From assembly GCF_022045235.1 (NCBI RefSeq), contig NW_027266286.1, positions 46,128,001-46,192,000 on the forward strand: a DNA stretch of 64,000 bases, given 5' to 3'. The stretch is from Haliotis cracherodii. Taxonomy: Eukaryota. Every line of letters starts with the position of its first letter. Position 1 is the first letter of the stretch. Positions 63,565 to 64,000 of this stretch are shown here, piece by piece. A program made the translations under genes and the position numbers. The notes below the pieces were generated by a model. That model was not told the origin of the DNA. It worked only from the letters and a program-made list of their open reading frames with translations, and did no database searches.

Positions 63565-64000
63565 GGTACACAATATCTTTCAATATATCCTTACGTAGCT
63601 AAACGTTGGCACAAATGCCATTTGTTCAATATATCCGATTAAACGGGTTTTGTCTATAATCCCGTAGCACTAATACAATGTTTACAAAGATAATATGAGA
63701 CAGGTATAAATTATTATCACTGAGATTATGTATAAATATCAAGCAAGGTTCCAAGCTGATCACTCCTCCTTTTGTGTAGTGTATAGTGACGTGACAGAGT
63801 CTTTCGGCTCAGATTAAAACGCCGAACGAGTGTTCTCGAATAATATTTATTTGAGACATATAGTGTGCCATTATCCCTCGTAGAGTCTCAATCCTTGGAT
63901 ATTTCAAAGACGCCGTTAATATATATAACACTATGGACGATTTTGTGTCCATCAAACAAATACTTGTTTTTGTAAAACCTGAAGCAAAAATAAATATTTG
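63565..64000 (+). repeat. Segmental duplicate of the copy-3 upstream region (58825-59265)
   Basis: Near-identical alignment from CAATATCTTTCAATATATCCTTACGTAGCT to the window end. Confidence 0.9.

Overview
AT-rich, intron-rich eukaryotic DNA. The SINE content (tRNA-derived heads, V- and Meta-like bodies, (ACTC)n tails) points to a mollusc, probably a gastropod such as abalone; this is inference. Most ORFs in the supplied track are artefacts, and the real genes appear only when exons are spliced by hand. Left half (about 1.3-30 kb, + strand): three tandem type-I membrane mucin-like genes (A, B, C) with Ser/Thr-rich stalks and GxxxGxxxG transmembrane helices. B and C share an unnamed 8-cysteine N-terminal domain. 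Right half (about 36-64 kb, + strand): a tandem array of five-exon genes encoding signal peptide + Arg-rich cationic peptide + GKR amidation/cleavage site + strongly acidic two-EF-hand pro-domain, with a conserved non-canonical GC-AG intron. This is a candidate undescribed family of antimicrobial-peptide precursors with a Ca2+-binding inhibitory module. Copy 1 is intact. Copy 2 has a GC donor and an early stop. Copy 3 has lost the peptide exon. A fourth unit appears to start at the window edge. The rest is at least four SINE families, MITEs (Tc1/mariner, IS3EU-like), Tc1 and LINE relics, a Penelope-type hammerhead relic and satellites. All gene models are manual and lack transcript support.
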